A stretch of DNA of 64,000 nt from Paragordius varius (taxonomy: Eukaryota > Animalia > Nematomorpha): NCBI GenBank assembly GCA_964247055.1, contig OZ176051.1, positions 5,518,001 through 5,582,000 of the forward strand, in the 5' to 3' direction. Of this stretch, positions 27,401 through 41,000 are shown in pieces. The notes under the pieces were generated by a model. It was given only the letters and a program-made list of their open reading frames with translations. It was not told the origin of the DNA and ran no database searches. Both the position numbers and the translations under genes were made by a program. How positions within the stretch are numbered: the stretch's first letter is position 1; every line of letters starts with the position of its first letter.

Positions 27401-28144
27401 TGCCAAGATTGCCCCATAATATTTAAAAATTTAGATTATGACGGCAAAATATTTTGATCATAGTTTTGCTTTTTTATGTCAAAATCCACCATATATTAAA
27501 AAAAATTTTGACGCAATCTTGGTATTTTAGGTTATTTAAATATTTACAGCAGGGATGTAAAAATTTGATAGTTTTGGAGCTAAGGTCTATAAATGTTTGT
27601 TCATAAATATTGTTTTGCTTTTTAGATACACATTCTATTATAATTTTATTATTAAAATAAAGCATCTTGTGTCGACTAAAAGATTTTTACTTGTACACTA
27701 TGTAAAAAATAGCGTGAAATAAACGGACATTTTTATATACTTTGATGTTGATGAATACGTCTCGAGCAGCTTAAAAATTTTATCCAACAACCTATTCTTT
27801 AAACCCGAAATATTTGGAAATAATATTTAGTAAAACTCTTAAATGATTCTGAAATATATGTTATCTTTAAAAGACAAATTTTATTTACCTCATCTATTTT
27901 AACTAGAGTGATATAGTATTTTATATGAGTAACAAAAAATATTTTTAATTTTATGCGAAATTATAAAAAATCTCATTTTGCAAATATATAACTGAAAATT
28001 TTTAATTTTTAAAACGATCTAAAAATATTTAAGTTCAAATGTAAATAAAAATGATTACAACATCACCAACATAACTTATAAAACAAAAATTATATCAATT
28101 ATATTTATTGTTGGTTTATGAATATTTTCACATGGTAATGTGTT

Positions 28145-29612
28145 ATGTCATATAACCAAATGGAATCTACCTTGATAAATTTTTTTCACCTTATACAACA
28201 TGTGCTTGCTAAGATTTTATTATTATTTGGTATTGTATATGAACCGTCAGGTATAAACCACCACATTATTTGTAAAAAATTGGATCACTATTCTAATATG
28301 GCTTACGAAAAACTGCATCAATGTGCGGATCATGCAAGCTCTTTCTTTCCTATCTTGCATTCTTTGCCACCTAATGTTGTGGCTTTTGGTTTTGCTCTTG
28401 TTCCATTTACTGCGATTTATGGTGTTTGGCGACTTTATAAGTAAACCAAATCTTTTTTGATTATGAACTTACCCTCTTTTATTTAATATTTTAGGTATTT
28501 ATCAAAGTTATCATCTCCGAACGTACCACGGGACGTTATACTAGTGTATGGAACACCGACCAGTAAGAATATTGCAAGTCCATCTCCATATGTCCTTAAA
28601 CTGGAAACCTATCTTAGGATGGCCAATTTGCCCTACAAAATAAATACCCAATTTATTAGATCCAAAGAAGGCAAAGTACCTTGGATCCTCTATAATGGCT
28701 TGGAAATTCCCGATTCTCAGGGTTGTATCGAATATTTAAACAAAAAGCATTCATTTAACTTTAACCGCCAACTTACAGAAAGGGAATGTGCCATAGCATT
28801 AGCCTTTAGGGAACTAGCTGAAAACGAATTAACATGGTAAAAAACAATATTATACCGGTTTTTAATATTTTATATTTTAGCTCATTTACTTTTAAATTTT
28901 GTTTTAAAATTGTTTTTCATTTTATTATTCATATTTCACAACGATAACTCTCATATATTGGCGCAAAGGTTTTTTTACCAAATACCAACTATCTAGATAC
29001 GGTGAAAATAATTTTTGTTTTAAATTATAGCTGTTTGCTCAAAAAATTCATCGACTTGGCAAAAATAACGAATTATACATTACTTTTTCGAGGTCAAATA
29101 TTTCGTATTGAATATCTTGATTGCAATGCAATTATATTGTTTTGCAAATAGCCTTTAAGCCATACGTTTTTTTACGCTAACATATAAAATGCGTTTAAAA
29201 TTGGAAATAATTGTTTAAATATTTTCGGCCGTATATAATTATTGATTTATTATTACACAAAGTAGAATTTTCGTTTTTTTGCATAAAATTATATTTCTCT
29301 CATAATTTGGTAAATGCTTAATTTACCATTTATTAGGCAAAACAATACAATTTTTGTAGCAGATTAAATCTTTTACTCAAAAATTTGACTATATATAATG
29401 TTAGCAATTGCGTTGATTATTTTTTTCGCTAAAAACGTATAATTTCGTATTTAGCTGCCAGAGTTAAAATTACAAAATAAATCTCTCTCTTTCTCCTCTC
29501 TTAATGATGGATAAGCATGCAGTTTATATTTGGAAAACTAATAATACAAATTATAGGGCCAATAGCTTGTTTATGGAAAAAAAATTAATTTCACAAAATA
29601 TTTTATCAAATC

Positions 29613-29649
<37 letters not shown>

Positions 29650-30542
29650 GTTAGGTGTATGGCAATGTTCCGTTATGTCCATGAAAGTTTTTACTATATG
29701 GTTGATCAATTGCACATAAATACATTCCAAAAATATTACATCTTGGCATTATACTTCATTTACCTTCGACGCAGTTTCATTAAACGATTCAAAAAAATTG
29801 GGATTGGTTATAAAACGTTCGGACAGTTGGTAGATTTGGCCAGCAAGGATTTGGATGCACTTTCTTGCTTTTTAGGTTACAAACTTTTTTTTATTCCACA
29901 AGTCATAGGGAAGACATTTTGATAAACTTTATGTCCCTTTCGTGTTTTGACAAATATAAAATCCATTTTGTTGTTTACACAAGCGTTTCTTATATCAGCT
30001 AAATGTATGATTTGTTAAACACATTTATACCTTTTTTGGTTAATCCATTATTTTTAATGCGACTTATTTTATTATTCATTTTGCAGGTAGCAAAAGTTAT
30101 TTCATGGGTGAACAACCATCCGAAGTTGATCCTGCCATCTTTGGGGTTTTGGGACAATTTTTATGGACACTCCCGCGGAATCATCCGATAAGAATCAAAT
30201 TTGAAAGTAAACATTTTCGATGTGTTTTACGTTTAGAAAAATAGTCACACAAAAATATAATAAATAAAAAAGGATTTACTATATTTCAAAAACTAAATAT
30301 ATATCTGTTTTAAAAACGGTATGATTCATTTGAATTATTGTATGGTGACTTGTATATATATTATTAAAACAACAAAATTCCTTAAGATCTTTATAGACTA
30401 TTCAAAGTTTATAAAAGTTAAAAACTGTTTTAAATTATTCTTGACATTAGGTGATTGGACCAATTTAGCCGCCTATTGTATCCGTATGAAAAAACGATTT
30501 TGGCCTGATTGGGATAACAGACTTAAAACTGGATTATTATAA
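28145..30542 (+). CDS. FAXC: Failed axon connections (FAX/FAXC) homolog, metaxin/GST-like, 356 aa. Exons 28145-28440, 28495-28836, 29655-29875, 30087-30206, 30451-30542
   Basis: Spliced frame is intact at 1071 nt. N-terminal hydrophobic segment, then SPSPYVLKLETYLRMANLPY..SKEGKVPWILYNGLEIPDSQ (GST-N-like), KDLDALSCFLGSKSYFMGEQPSEVDPAIFGVLGQ and NLAAYCIRMKKRFWPDW (FAXC-type C-terminus). Confidence 0.93.
29618..29647. repeat. (TA)15 microsatellite abutting the FAXC exon-3 acceptor
   Basis: tatatata...ataatgttag|G. Confidence 0.92.
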
Positions 30543-30896
30543 GAGTTTTGATTCGCCATCACAATTATTTTAATATATAATGAATATTTATTGATTGCAA
30601 AATTAGTTCAAACATTTAATTTTTGGAAAATCTCTTAAGATACAAATGAATCTTTAAAAAAAAAATTTTGTGCAATTACTACCACGATTTATAAAATGAT
30701 ATAATAATGTATTAGAAAAATATCTATATTTATTTTATCAATTTCGGAATGAAAATCAAATATTATCTATCATTTCCCATTGTTTTTGATTATGTATAAG
30801 AAATTTGGAAAAAATAAATAAATTTATAATGTTTTATATCCTCACAAACTTTATAATCTCATATGTAATAAATAATGAAACGTGGATTGTGTATGA

Positions 30897-33800
30897 TTAT
30901 TCATGTCTCAGAGAGCACAGAGCCAAATCTTTGGATAATTTTAAGAGTCCTGCCTGTTCGATTCGCATTATACTGGATTGATCTGTATTCGGTTGTGTAC
31001 CACAAACTATTTCATCTATGAAAGAATCGGTGTAACGATACGTCGTAATATCCCCATTTTGTGTGGTTAGGGTCACGTAAGCGTTTTCCATATCTATACC
31101 GGCGTAAATCTAAAATATTTTGGTTAGGGTGAAGTATAAAAAGTTTTAATTATACTTTATAGTATATGCATTTTAATGGGTGTTTATTTCACACTATAGT
31201 AGGGCGATTTACAATACAATATTGTATGTATGCAACATTTTTTTGATTTTTCCATACACTATTGTTTGCGAATTGCCCTACTATAGTGTTAAATAAGCAA
31301 CCATTAAAATGCTTACTGTAAAGCATAATTGAGAGGTGCGAAAAAACTGAAACTAAGCACGGTTTTTTGAGTTTAAATAAGGCTAGGTATGGATTAATAT
31401 ATTTATTGAGTGTGCTATATTGTATATTTAGATTAAATTTATTAAAAATATATGGATATTTAAGCTACCTGAATTAGGTAACATTTTAATTATAAAACTA
31501 TTGAAAATTTAAAAGTGTGCTTAAGGCGCTTGACATTTTTTAAATATAAAGTGAGTAAACTATATTATTTTAAATATTAAACATATTATGGAGATTATTT
31601 TTATTAGCCTACCTTTGCAATTAGAAGTTATACTTCCTATCAAGCAATAGGTGGCTTTATGAAACGAAAGTTTTAAAAGTTTGTTTGAAATTTAAAAATA
31701 CCTTATATCAGTATTTTATAATCTTAAGTATAAAATGAAAATTACTTTCTCGTATGGTTGAGTTTCTAATCGAGAAACTATCCCAGTTTCGAAATCGATA
31801 ATTTTAATGGAACAACTAACGGAAAAAATGTCATTTGCTTTCACCTCAATCTAATATACAATTACGTTTTTTGTTAAATTGCACACAAAATATATTTTTA
31901 TGGATACATTTTATAATAAAATTAATTAACAAAAAGAATATCCTAAGCCTGGAACTATGCAACATTCAACACGCAAAAAATGAAAAAAATGGTAAAAATT
32001 ACAGTTTCTAAATCAGCAATAACGAATCCGGGCAATCGCCTAAATGTATTTTCCAAATTTTTGGCCTCAAAGGTTCGATAAATTAATTGATTTAAGGATC
32101 TTTTGATACGGACAATCGAGTCAAAACGAATGATTATTTCCCTTGATGCATCTTGCGGAATTGTGTACAATGGTAAAGAACTAAAATATATCGATTTAGA
32201 TTATAAAAAATTAGTTAAAGTCATAGTAGTTTAATGCCATAGGTTATTTACCAATGTTTAAATAAAATCTGTTGGGCTTAGTTTAACCGATTCACAAATA
32301 TTATGAATACGTATTTGTTCCGGTTCTAGTGCCATTTTTGCCAATGGTTCTAATATTCATCACATTTTTATTTTAAAAATATATGAAAACTATTGATTGC
32401 TACTTTTCTCTAAAAATACAAAATAATTATATTTTAATGGTTTTAAAAAGAAAATAATATCGACATTGTAATAATAAAGAGAAAAATGTATTTCGAAACC
32501 GCGTTCTACAGTTATAAACAATACACAAACTGTTTTTAAAAATTCATTTTGTCTTTAATGGTTCTAAAAAAGATATGGTCCTGGTTTTAGTTATTTAATA
32601 TTTTATCAAAATCTAGAATAATTTTATTTCCGGAGTCTGCTTATGTCACCTTAATTTATTTGTTAATTTTGTTAAAAGTGTTTAAATAATTTATTAAATT
32701 ATTTGCTCTGAGTATGAAGAAGATATATAAACAAATCATTTGACAAAGTAACTGATAAATAAGTTTCAGGTCAAAATTAATAATAGAATCGAATACATAA
32801 TATTCCAGTAAGTCAATTATTTTATAGTTGTTAGAAGATATCGAAACCGCAAAAAACAATTACACTTATGCCTATATTTGATTTTAAGCGTTTTTTTAAA
32901 ATTTAATTTGTTCTATTTTCACAACCTAAATTTATCGTCCCTTATTTTTATGGCAAATAATTTTTTAGCTTAAAACGAGTTAGTATCATATCACTTTGTT
33001 ACATACCTGTAAAATTGATGAGTTTCGCCGGAAGACATTAAGTTATATAAACCAGGTCCGATAACTGTTTCACATATTCGATCTTGACGTATATAAACAT
33101 CTAGCAATATATATAAAACATTTTATATTTATGTCCATTTTCCCAAAGTTTTAATATAAAATATACCATTTAGAGTTCAAATTCACCCTTAAACAATTCA
33201 AATTCACCCTCGAACAATTCAAATTCACCCTTGAACAATTCAAATTCACCCCCGAACAATTCAAATTCACCCTCAAATAAATAACATGTTTTTTAAGATC
33301 AAAAATTACCTATATTTTAATATATTTTTAAAAAATAAAATTTTGTTTTAAATTTAAATAATACTGAAAAAAATAATTAATTATGCCATAAAAGTATATT
33401 TTATATTAATAATGGGTTATATTAGTTCGAAAACACATAAATTATTTTTAGGGTGAATTTGAATTGTTCGAGGGTGAATTTGAATTGTTTAAGGGTGAAT
33501 TTGAATTGTTCGAGGGTGAATTTGAATTGTTTAAGGGTGAATTTGAATTGTTCAAGGGTGAATTTGAATTGTTTAAGGGTGAATTTGAACTGTAAATGGT
33601 ATATATTTTTTTTAATCCAGCTTATGATTAATTAACCCGGCAAAATGACTTGTGTCTAAAATTCCATCGAATTAAGGTTTTTTAGAAAACCGTTCTAATA
33701 TTACAATATAATATGAGGTAATTTTAAACAACATATTATAAAACTGTTTACCATCGACAATATTTAAACTTAACACCCTTTCTCAGTGAATGTAAATTTA

Positions 33801-35557
33801 ACCAAATTTGTTAAAAAACATGCTCTTATTCTAATTAATTACAATATTTATGGTAGCTATTATATTTTTTTCTGTAAATTTACGAATTTATAATATTATT
33901 CTAAGGCATGTATATAAATATGAAAAAAATAAAAAATATACTTTTGCCATCATACATACGATAATCGGTCAAACCCTGCTCGGCTAAACATATTAATTAA
34001 TGAATAATGTTAACAATTAATGATAAAATAATGTAAGGAGTATTTTTTCTCGTATAATTTATTTTCTGGTAACCTGTAACTCTCCCTGAGCAGGGAATTT
34101 CAATATTCATGGGTGGGTCCTGTTCTGCCGGTCTATCGCTCAATTTCATCATTAAGCCAATCATCATTAAACGTTTTGGATTGTGTAAAATGAAACCCGA
34201 ATCTACAGTAAAGTTTTGATAAAGCTCATAGACACGAACCCCTGTGGATGTTTGTTTAATTCTCATCTAAATATTATATCATATGTGATAAATAAAATAA
34301 AGATATTAATGACACAGTAGCGTATGGTGCAAACAATGTTTGTCCATAATAGGGAATTGTTTAATTTCAACCATTTTTTGTTTGTTACCATACGCTACTG
34401 TATTTATGAACATAGATAGATTTGAGTCAGGAAATAAGACTTATTAAAATCCATAGTGTAAAGGGGTTCAAATTATATATATTATCGAAACCGTTGGTGC
34501 GGGTTTCGGCAAAGTTAATTATTGTCTTTGGTTCGCACTATTAAATAAACTGTTAAAAGCGATTGTTACGGTTCCATTTTTAGTAAACTAATAAGTGCAT
34601 AGTTTTTCAATTATAAACGTTGGAAAAGAATTTTAAAAAATTATGATATTATTGCGTTAAATAAAAAAAGTTCTAAGAAAGTATTTTTGGAACGTTCGGG
34701 TTTAAAAACGATTTCGGAACTCTTATTTGTAAAAGGGCAATGACACAAGCGATGAAAAATATATCTTATTATTTATGCTAAAATCTTGTCCATTTTCGGT
34801 TAGTTGATTAGTTTTGATAATGAAAAATGGATATGGCATTGCTAAACATAATTGATTTTAATCTTTTTTAAAACTATTAATATAGCATCCTTACTTGAAG
34901 AGTAGTGCTTTTATACAGGGGTGCAGCCATTTGATATCTCGTTGTAAAATTATAGTAACAAGATCGTCTCATACGATAAGACGCATTCCCATAAGCCACA
35001 TGGTCCTGGCTATCATTGTAGTCTTGGATGAAGCATAACGCAACTCTCACATCATGGTATGGTACATCGATATAAAACTGTTGGAATAAAATGTATATAG
35101 TTAAAAATATTAGCCTATTTCTGTGTAAAAATATAAAAATTCTTGAAAGTAATAATGTTTTCCACTAATATTTATCACGGGGAGTAATTACCTCAGGTCT
35201 AAAAGAATTCAAATAACTCCATAATTGTAAATCATTCGTGCTCAACTCATAAGCATACCGAGTATATCGTATATCAATGTAGATATGATGTGGTATTTGC
35301 AGAATTAAATTCCCACCATCATTGTGGTGGCAATTCAATTTAGTTTCATTGTATCTGTAGAAAAAAACCATAAAATATCGCTTATATTACATGATAAATT
35401 TTGATTTGAATATCAGCTTAAATTGCTTATTGAATTCTAAATCTTAAATCTAAGAATATATAATACTTTGTCATTGAAAACACACGATTCAAATGGCACA
35501 CGCCGTTTGAGGGAAGGGCAAAGCAATACTCAACATTGTTTTGTCCAGAAACTGAGA
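30897..35557 (-). CDS. Uncharacterised, probably secreted Cys-conserved protein, paralog A (~370 aa, 5' end unresolved). Exons 35557-35467, 35354-35192, 35077-34895, 34266-34074, 33100-33007, 32180-32003, 31109-30897
   Basis: Seven phase-compatible GT-AG exons, each homologous to an exon of paralog B (45751-56195). No family recognised. Confidence 0.88.
33161..33604. mobile_element. Foldback element with inverted 21-bp minisatellite arms (5 units left, 7 right) inside an intron of paralog A
   Basis: Termini atataccattt(a/c)-agttcaaattcaccc are inverted. Unit is ttcaaattcaccc(tt/tc)(g/a)aacaa. Confidence 0.88.
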
Positions 35558-36149
35558 CTAATACATAAGATAACAGTTTAAAATATTTTATTTTATGTTT
35601 TTATTAATAGGTAAGGATACGGACCTAAAATGTATTAAGGACCAATGAAAGGTCTTTCGCCTTATCAGACTTGACAGTTATAATAGAAAAATAACGCATT
35701 ACACGCTTTGTATATTAGTCCGACCCTTATGATATATTCTAATTTTGTTATTATGAGTAATTAATCTTTAATTTGTTAAATGCTATAAAAATTGAAGAAA
35801 GTGGTTAAATTATTATAAATATATAGAATCACTCAAAATTTACATAAAGATCGCAAAGATACTCAAATTGGCATTTCTTTACGTATATCAAAACCTTATA
35901 AATTATATACTTTGTTATATAATTAAACATATATTTCTAGTTTTTAATCAATTACCCCCAGCTACCATTTTCAATAAAAAAAATTTTATTCGCTTGTGCT
36001 GCATGGGAAAAGGTGATTGGATTTTACTTGTTAAACTTAATAATATTCTTTACTGTAAATTATATCAGGGAATATTTTTCTAGAACTTTTAATATATTTT
36101 ACTCATGTTATATGTATATATACATATATATAATATATATATACATATA

Positions 36150-36340
36150 TAGTAAGAGTAAGTATACATTGCTAGAACTTTATTAATTATTGCCAAATAG
36201 CATATACAACAAAGGGCAGTATTGTTGGCTTATAGTTTTTTTCATTTTTTACTATTATTAGCCAATAATAATTCTCTCTGCTGCATATGCTATTTGGCAA
36301 TAATTAATAACTTTCTAGCAATATATACTTACTCATACTG
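36150..36340. mobile_element. MITE family 1 copy (opposite orientation)
   Basis: Same TIRs as 19506-19701; ends actcatactg|TA. Confidence 0.85.
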
Positions 36341-37063
36341 TATATGTATCCATATATAAAAATTTTAACCATAAAACATAAAATTTAGGCATACTTAGAA
36401 TCGAATAAAAAATAACGAGTGGTATAATTATCATTATGGTAAAATATTTGGTATTATAATTTTATTAAAATTATTTGGTATTTATAAGAATTTGCGTAAA
36501 CTTTATCTGAAAAAAGATATTGGCTTTGGTATCGCAGCTTAGCAAGGAATAACAACATATTTAATCAATTAGATTATCAGCATGTATTTGGCTATTGATT
36601 AAAAACTAATAATTCTGTCAATAATATGTAAATTTTTAAAAATAAGTTCGAAATATTGGTATATCATGTTTGATTTTGTTATCAAAATGTGTTGATTACA
36701 TTTAATATTATTAAAAACGATTAGTTACTTTGACTAATATCAGTATATATTTATATCTTATTTTTAGTGCACGTAAACAAACCAAGGGCAGGCAGGTTTT
36801 GAATAAATTTTTCAATGGTAAGCAGGCTAGTATAACCTTCACTAATTATAAAACCATAACTAATTTTAGCAGTACAGTACTGTGTATTGGGGAAAATGCC
36901 ACGTATGTAATCCGTTTGTACTGCTTTTTTTATAAACATATTTTTTTTATTACCGGTACAAAACCTCTCCTCTCAAGTGAGCATGGATTATATTTAAGCA
37001 TAAGATGCAAAATAAATTTTTAAAGGAAAAAAATTGGCTCAACTAAGATTTTATGCTAAAAAG

Positions 37064-37101
<38 letters not shown>

Positions 37102-37239
37102 TGTGACCAGATAGGCTGTTTTTAGCAGAACAGTGGGTTTTCAGAAAAAAACTGGGCCTGTACTGCGCCCACTTTTGTACTGCTTTTTGAAATTGAAAAA
37201 AATTTAATTTTTTATAAATATATATTAATTATTATTATA

Positions 37240-37760
37240 GCAAATACGTTGTCGATTTATTGCTTTTTCGAAGGTGTATTTTCTCCAGTTTATTCGATTG
37301 TAAGTGAGTGATGTTAGCTGTTGTAAAGAGATATTGGTTTATTTGGTTAGGTTTTCAATCCAGCGCATCTTGCAGCGTCCACGTTTCCTAAATCCTCCGA
37401 CCTTGCCTGTCATTAGTTGGAATTCCAAGTCATTAGCTCTGGTAATGTGACCAAAGTATGATAACATGCCAATCAGGTATATCTCGGGGTTTATTTTGTC
37501 TTTCCAAGTGATTCGAAGTATCTTCCGCCAGCACCAGATTTCGAAGGCGTTAATGTATTTTTCGTCTACCTTTTTTATTGTCCAGCTTTCTGATGCGTAT
37601 AGCATGCTAGGAATTATTAGGGATTTGACTAAACGGATTTTTGTTTTAAGTTTGATGTCGTGTGATGACCATAATTTATTATATTTTATCATTTTTTTAA
37701 CAATTCCTATTCTTCTTTTGATGTCGGGTTGATCTTGCGGTAAAAACCAAGATTGGCCTA
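37240..37760 (-). mobile_element. RTE-clade LINE 3' fragment (5'-truncated)
   Basis: ORF 37339-37692: LWSSHDIKLKTKIRLVKSLIIPSMLYASESWTIKK..INAFEIWCWRKILRITW..LSYFGHITR..GKVGGFRKRGR..RW, the typical RTE C-terminus. Confidence 0.88.
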
Positions 37761-38053
37761 TTTTATTGGTTAATATTTTATTTTTTCTTCTTATACATAA
37801 AACTTAAGATTGCAGCCTTTCACACAGTGGCAAAACTATAAATCTCGGAGTCCACACCGTAAGATTTAGGCTAATGGCTCTTTCACCCAGGGTATCCGCA
37901 AAAAGAGGTGCCTCAAAATTAAAATTCACAAAATAATTTATGATATTTTCATAATGTATGGTAGAGTTTAGAAAGTTCATTTTTTGTTATAATTATCAAA
38001 CGGAAAATATATAGATAATTGTATTCCCGTAACATTAATTTATTATGTATGGC

Positions 38054-41000
38054 TAAGGTGACCAGATTTTTTGAAGGAAAAAGCGGGACAAATCTGAGGG
38101 GGGGGGGTCATTGGGGGGCACAACCAAAAATTTTTATACAAAAAATTTATTGTAATATTTATTTATTTTTAACACAAATACATTATAAATATAAAAAAAT
38201 TTGTACCTCACAGGTTGTTTGTACCTTATTCAATAAATTTACATGTGCACGAACAAAGGGTGAAGTGATTGTAATATTCTAGAAAAAAATAATAAAGACG
38301 AAATCATCACAAAGTGCGCTGGGTCATGCAAGAAGCGGCACAAAAAATATTTTTAACAATTTAGCGAATAATCTTAATCAAAACATTATTGGCAGATACA
38401 CAACGCTATTCAAACAGCTACTGATTTGTTACCCCTGGATGTGGAAAATATAGATGTTAAAATGCTTGGATATTGCAGAACTGTTGGTTAACTCTTTTGC
38501 CAGCAATTGAAATATTTATAAAAATGTGATCTCCTAGAATCCTAATTTTTATCACAGGACAAAGGTCAAAATTCCAAGTCAAAAAAGGTTAAAAAATAAT
38601 TTTATACCATTACCTAATCGCAATATCATAAAACATCCAGAAAAACAAGGCTCAATCAATAGCCAGAATATAAAAATGTTTTATACAAACAGAGACGATT
38701 ATTTGGAAGACCAAACGGTGCACAATGACACTTTTTAATGAAGTCTCATTATTAAATAAATATATTGAATGAAAGCTTATATTATAAACAACAGAAAAAA
38801 ATACGTAGGATAGGTTAAAATAATCATTTTTAAAAAAATTATTTTCTATACAATAATATTTTAATTGTAGAATTTGCATTATCTTTACCTGAACCACTGC
38901 TATTGAACGCGTTTTTCCACAGTAAATTAAGTAAGGACACGGAATCAAATTTAAATGTTGAATTAAAGCCATTTTATGTGTTCAAATATAATTTGACAAA
39001 TTATGAAGACTTATACAATATTTTAAGTAATTTTGTTTATTTTTTAACATAAAAACTTTATAAATATAAGAAAATATTTTATTTTTTGGTATATTTTTTG
39101 TTTGAGTGAATGCGTTTTAGCAGATCGTCATCATTTTTAAAATATTGTAGAAGTCTTCACAAGAATTTGTCAAATTATATTTGACAGATAAAACGGCCTT
39201 TAAAATTTCAACATTTAAATTTGATTTTTCCGATGTCCACACCTGATTTATTGTGGAAAAAACGCGCTCAGTAGCAGCGTTGGTTCCAGGTAAAGATAGT
39301 GTGAATTCCACAATTTTTAAAATAATATTGTATGTAATATAGTTGGCTTCAAAATGATGAAATATTTCCAACCATTTCTTTTCTACTGTATATTTTTCTT
39401 TTGTCCATAATTTTAGTTTTTCATTATTAATATATCTTAACTAATGATACTACAGAAAAAAAATCATTTTCTGAAAGATTACTTTTTGAGAATTTATGGG
39501 AGCAGATATAATCAAATGATTTTTGAACATCGCACCAATTAAATTCTGATTTTAATGTTATCCAATGAAAATGATCAATTTCATTGAATTGCGTCGTCCA
39601 GTCTTCCAAATAATCTTTACAGTTTGTATAAAACATTTTTATATGGTACAGGATATCTTGGCGATTTATTAAGCCTTGATTTTCTAAATTATTTATTGTA
39701 TTGCGGATGGTTAATGGAATAAAATTATTTTCTAACCGTTCTTGACATTGGAATTTCAGGTTACTAACTTCATTGTCTACTTCGACTGCCGAAATTTTGT
39801 CACCTTCAATAAATTTAATAACATCTTGAAAGAGAGAAGCTTGATTATGTAAGAATTCTAACCATATTTTTGAAGAATCACTTTCAAAAAAATTTTTTAA
39901 AGTTGTAGGACATTTGTCCTGTGATAAAAAAAAGATTTTAAAGGATCATACATCTTTAAAATTCTTTCGATAGCTGGCATAAAAGCTAACCAACGAGTTT
40001 TACTATATCCAAGCATTTTTTGATATTGAACTTCTGCATTTTCACAGAATTCTTTCGGCGTTTCAACACGTACCGTGTATATATAAAAATAGGAATATAT
40101 TTTAACAACTACATTTTCCACATCTAGGGGTAACAAATCAGCAGCTGTTTGAAAAGCGTTGTGTTATATATGCCCTGCACACCCTACGCCAATAATGTTT
40201 TGATTAAGATTATCTGTTAATTTATGAAAAATATTTTTTGTTCCTCTCCTTGCTTTTCCAAAGTTCGTATTGGTGTTGTCAGCGCAATATGCGATAATTT
40301 TGTCTTTTAAATTATTTTTTTCTAGAATATGCATTATTGAAGTAAATATTATTTCAGAATTTTCAAGGAAGGGAAATTAAATCTAAAATTTTAATATTTA
40401 TACCGGTTTCTGAATCAAAATATCTTATCAAAGTAGGAAGTAATTTTGTTTCATGGTGATTTGAAGCATCAGAGTATAGGGAAAAGAAATTAATTTTTAG
40501 CAAATCTTTTTGTATTTCAGAAAAAGCATGTGGCGAAAAAACATTGCATACAATGGCTTCAGCCTTTGTACGGGCACATGTAAATTTTTTATTGAATAAC
40601 GTGCGAATAACCTGTGAGGTACAATCCATTGAACGAAATGAATGGCAATGATTTAAGGCGTGAAAGGAAAACAGGCCCTCAGCAAGTGCTAAATTCTTTT
40701 CTTCCTCTCCAAAAGCGGTTTTTCGAAAAAAATCGCTCATCTTGTGAGATGATGCCGTTATAATCAAACATTTTTGATGTTTCTGTGTATCAATATGCTT
40801 TGTAATGTCATGTTTGCCGCCATGTGCCAGGGTGAATTCCCCATCGCATATAAGACATTTAACAGACGATTCATTCTTCGTTTTTTTAATGAAAGGAAAA
40901 TCTTTCATTAATTCATCATTGAATTTACAGCCTCTTTTTGTGTTCATATTTATAAACTAAATATTAATATAATAAATGTTATATTACCTTAATTTCTGGA

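Noticed and set aside
33175-33590. Regularly spaced 21-bp repeats resembling a CRISPR array; ORF 33453-33635 with repeated NLNC(S/L)RV
   Set aside because: Units are contiguous with no unique spacers, the context is a eukaryotic intron, and the arms are inverted. It is a minisatellite/foldback and the ORF is a by-product.
36751-36990. 62-aa minus ORF as the missing first exon of paralog A
   Set aside because: A phase-1 donor exists, but there is no signal peptide and no counterpart upstream of paralog B, so it is unsupported.
37466-37732. 88-aa plus-strand ORF
   Set aside because: Antisense shadow of the RTE LINE ORF.
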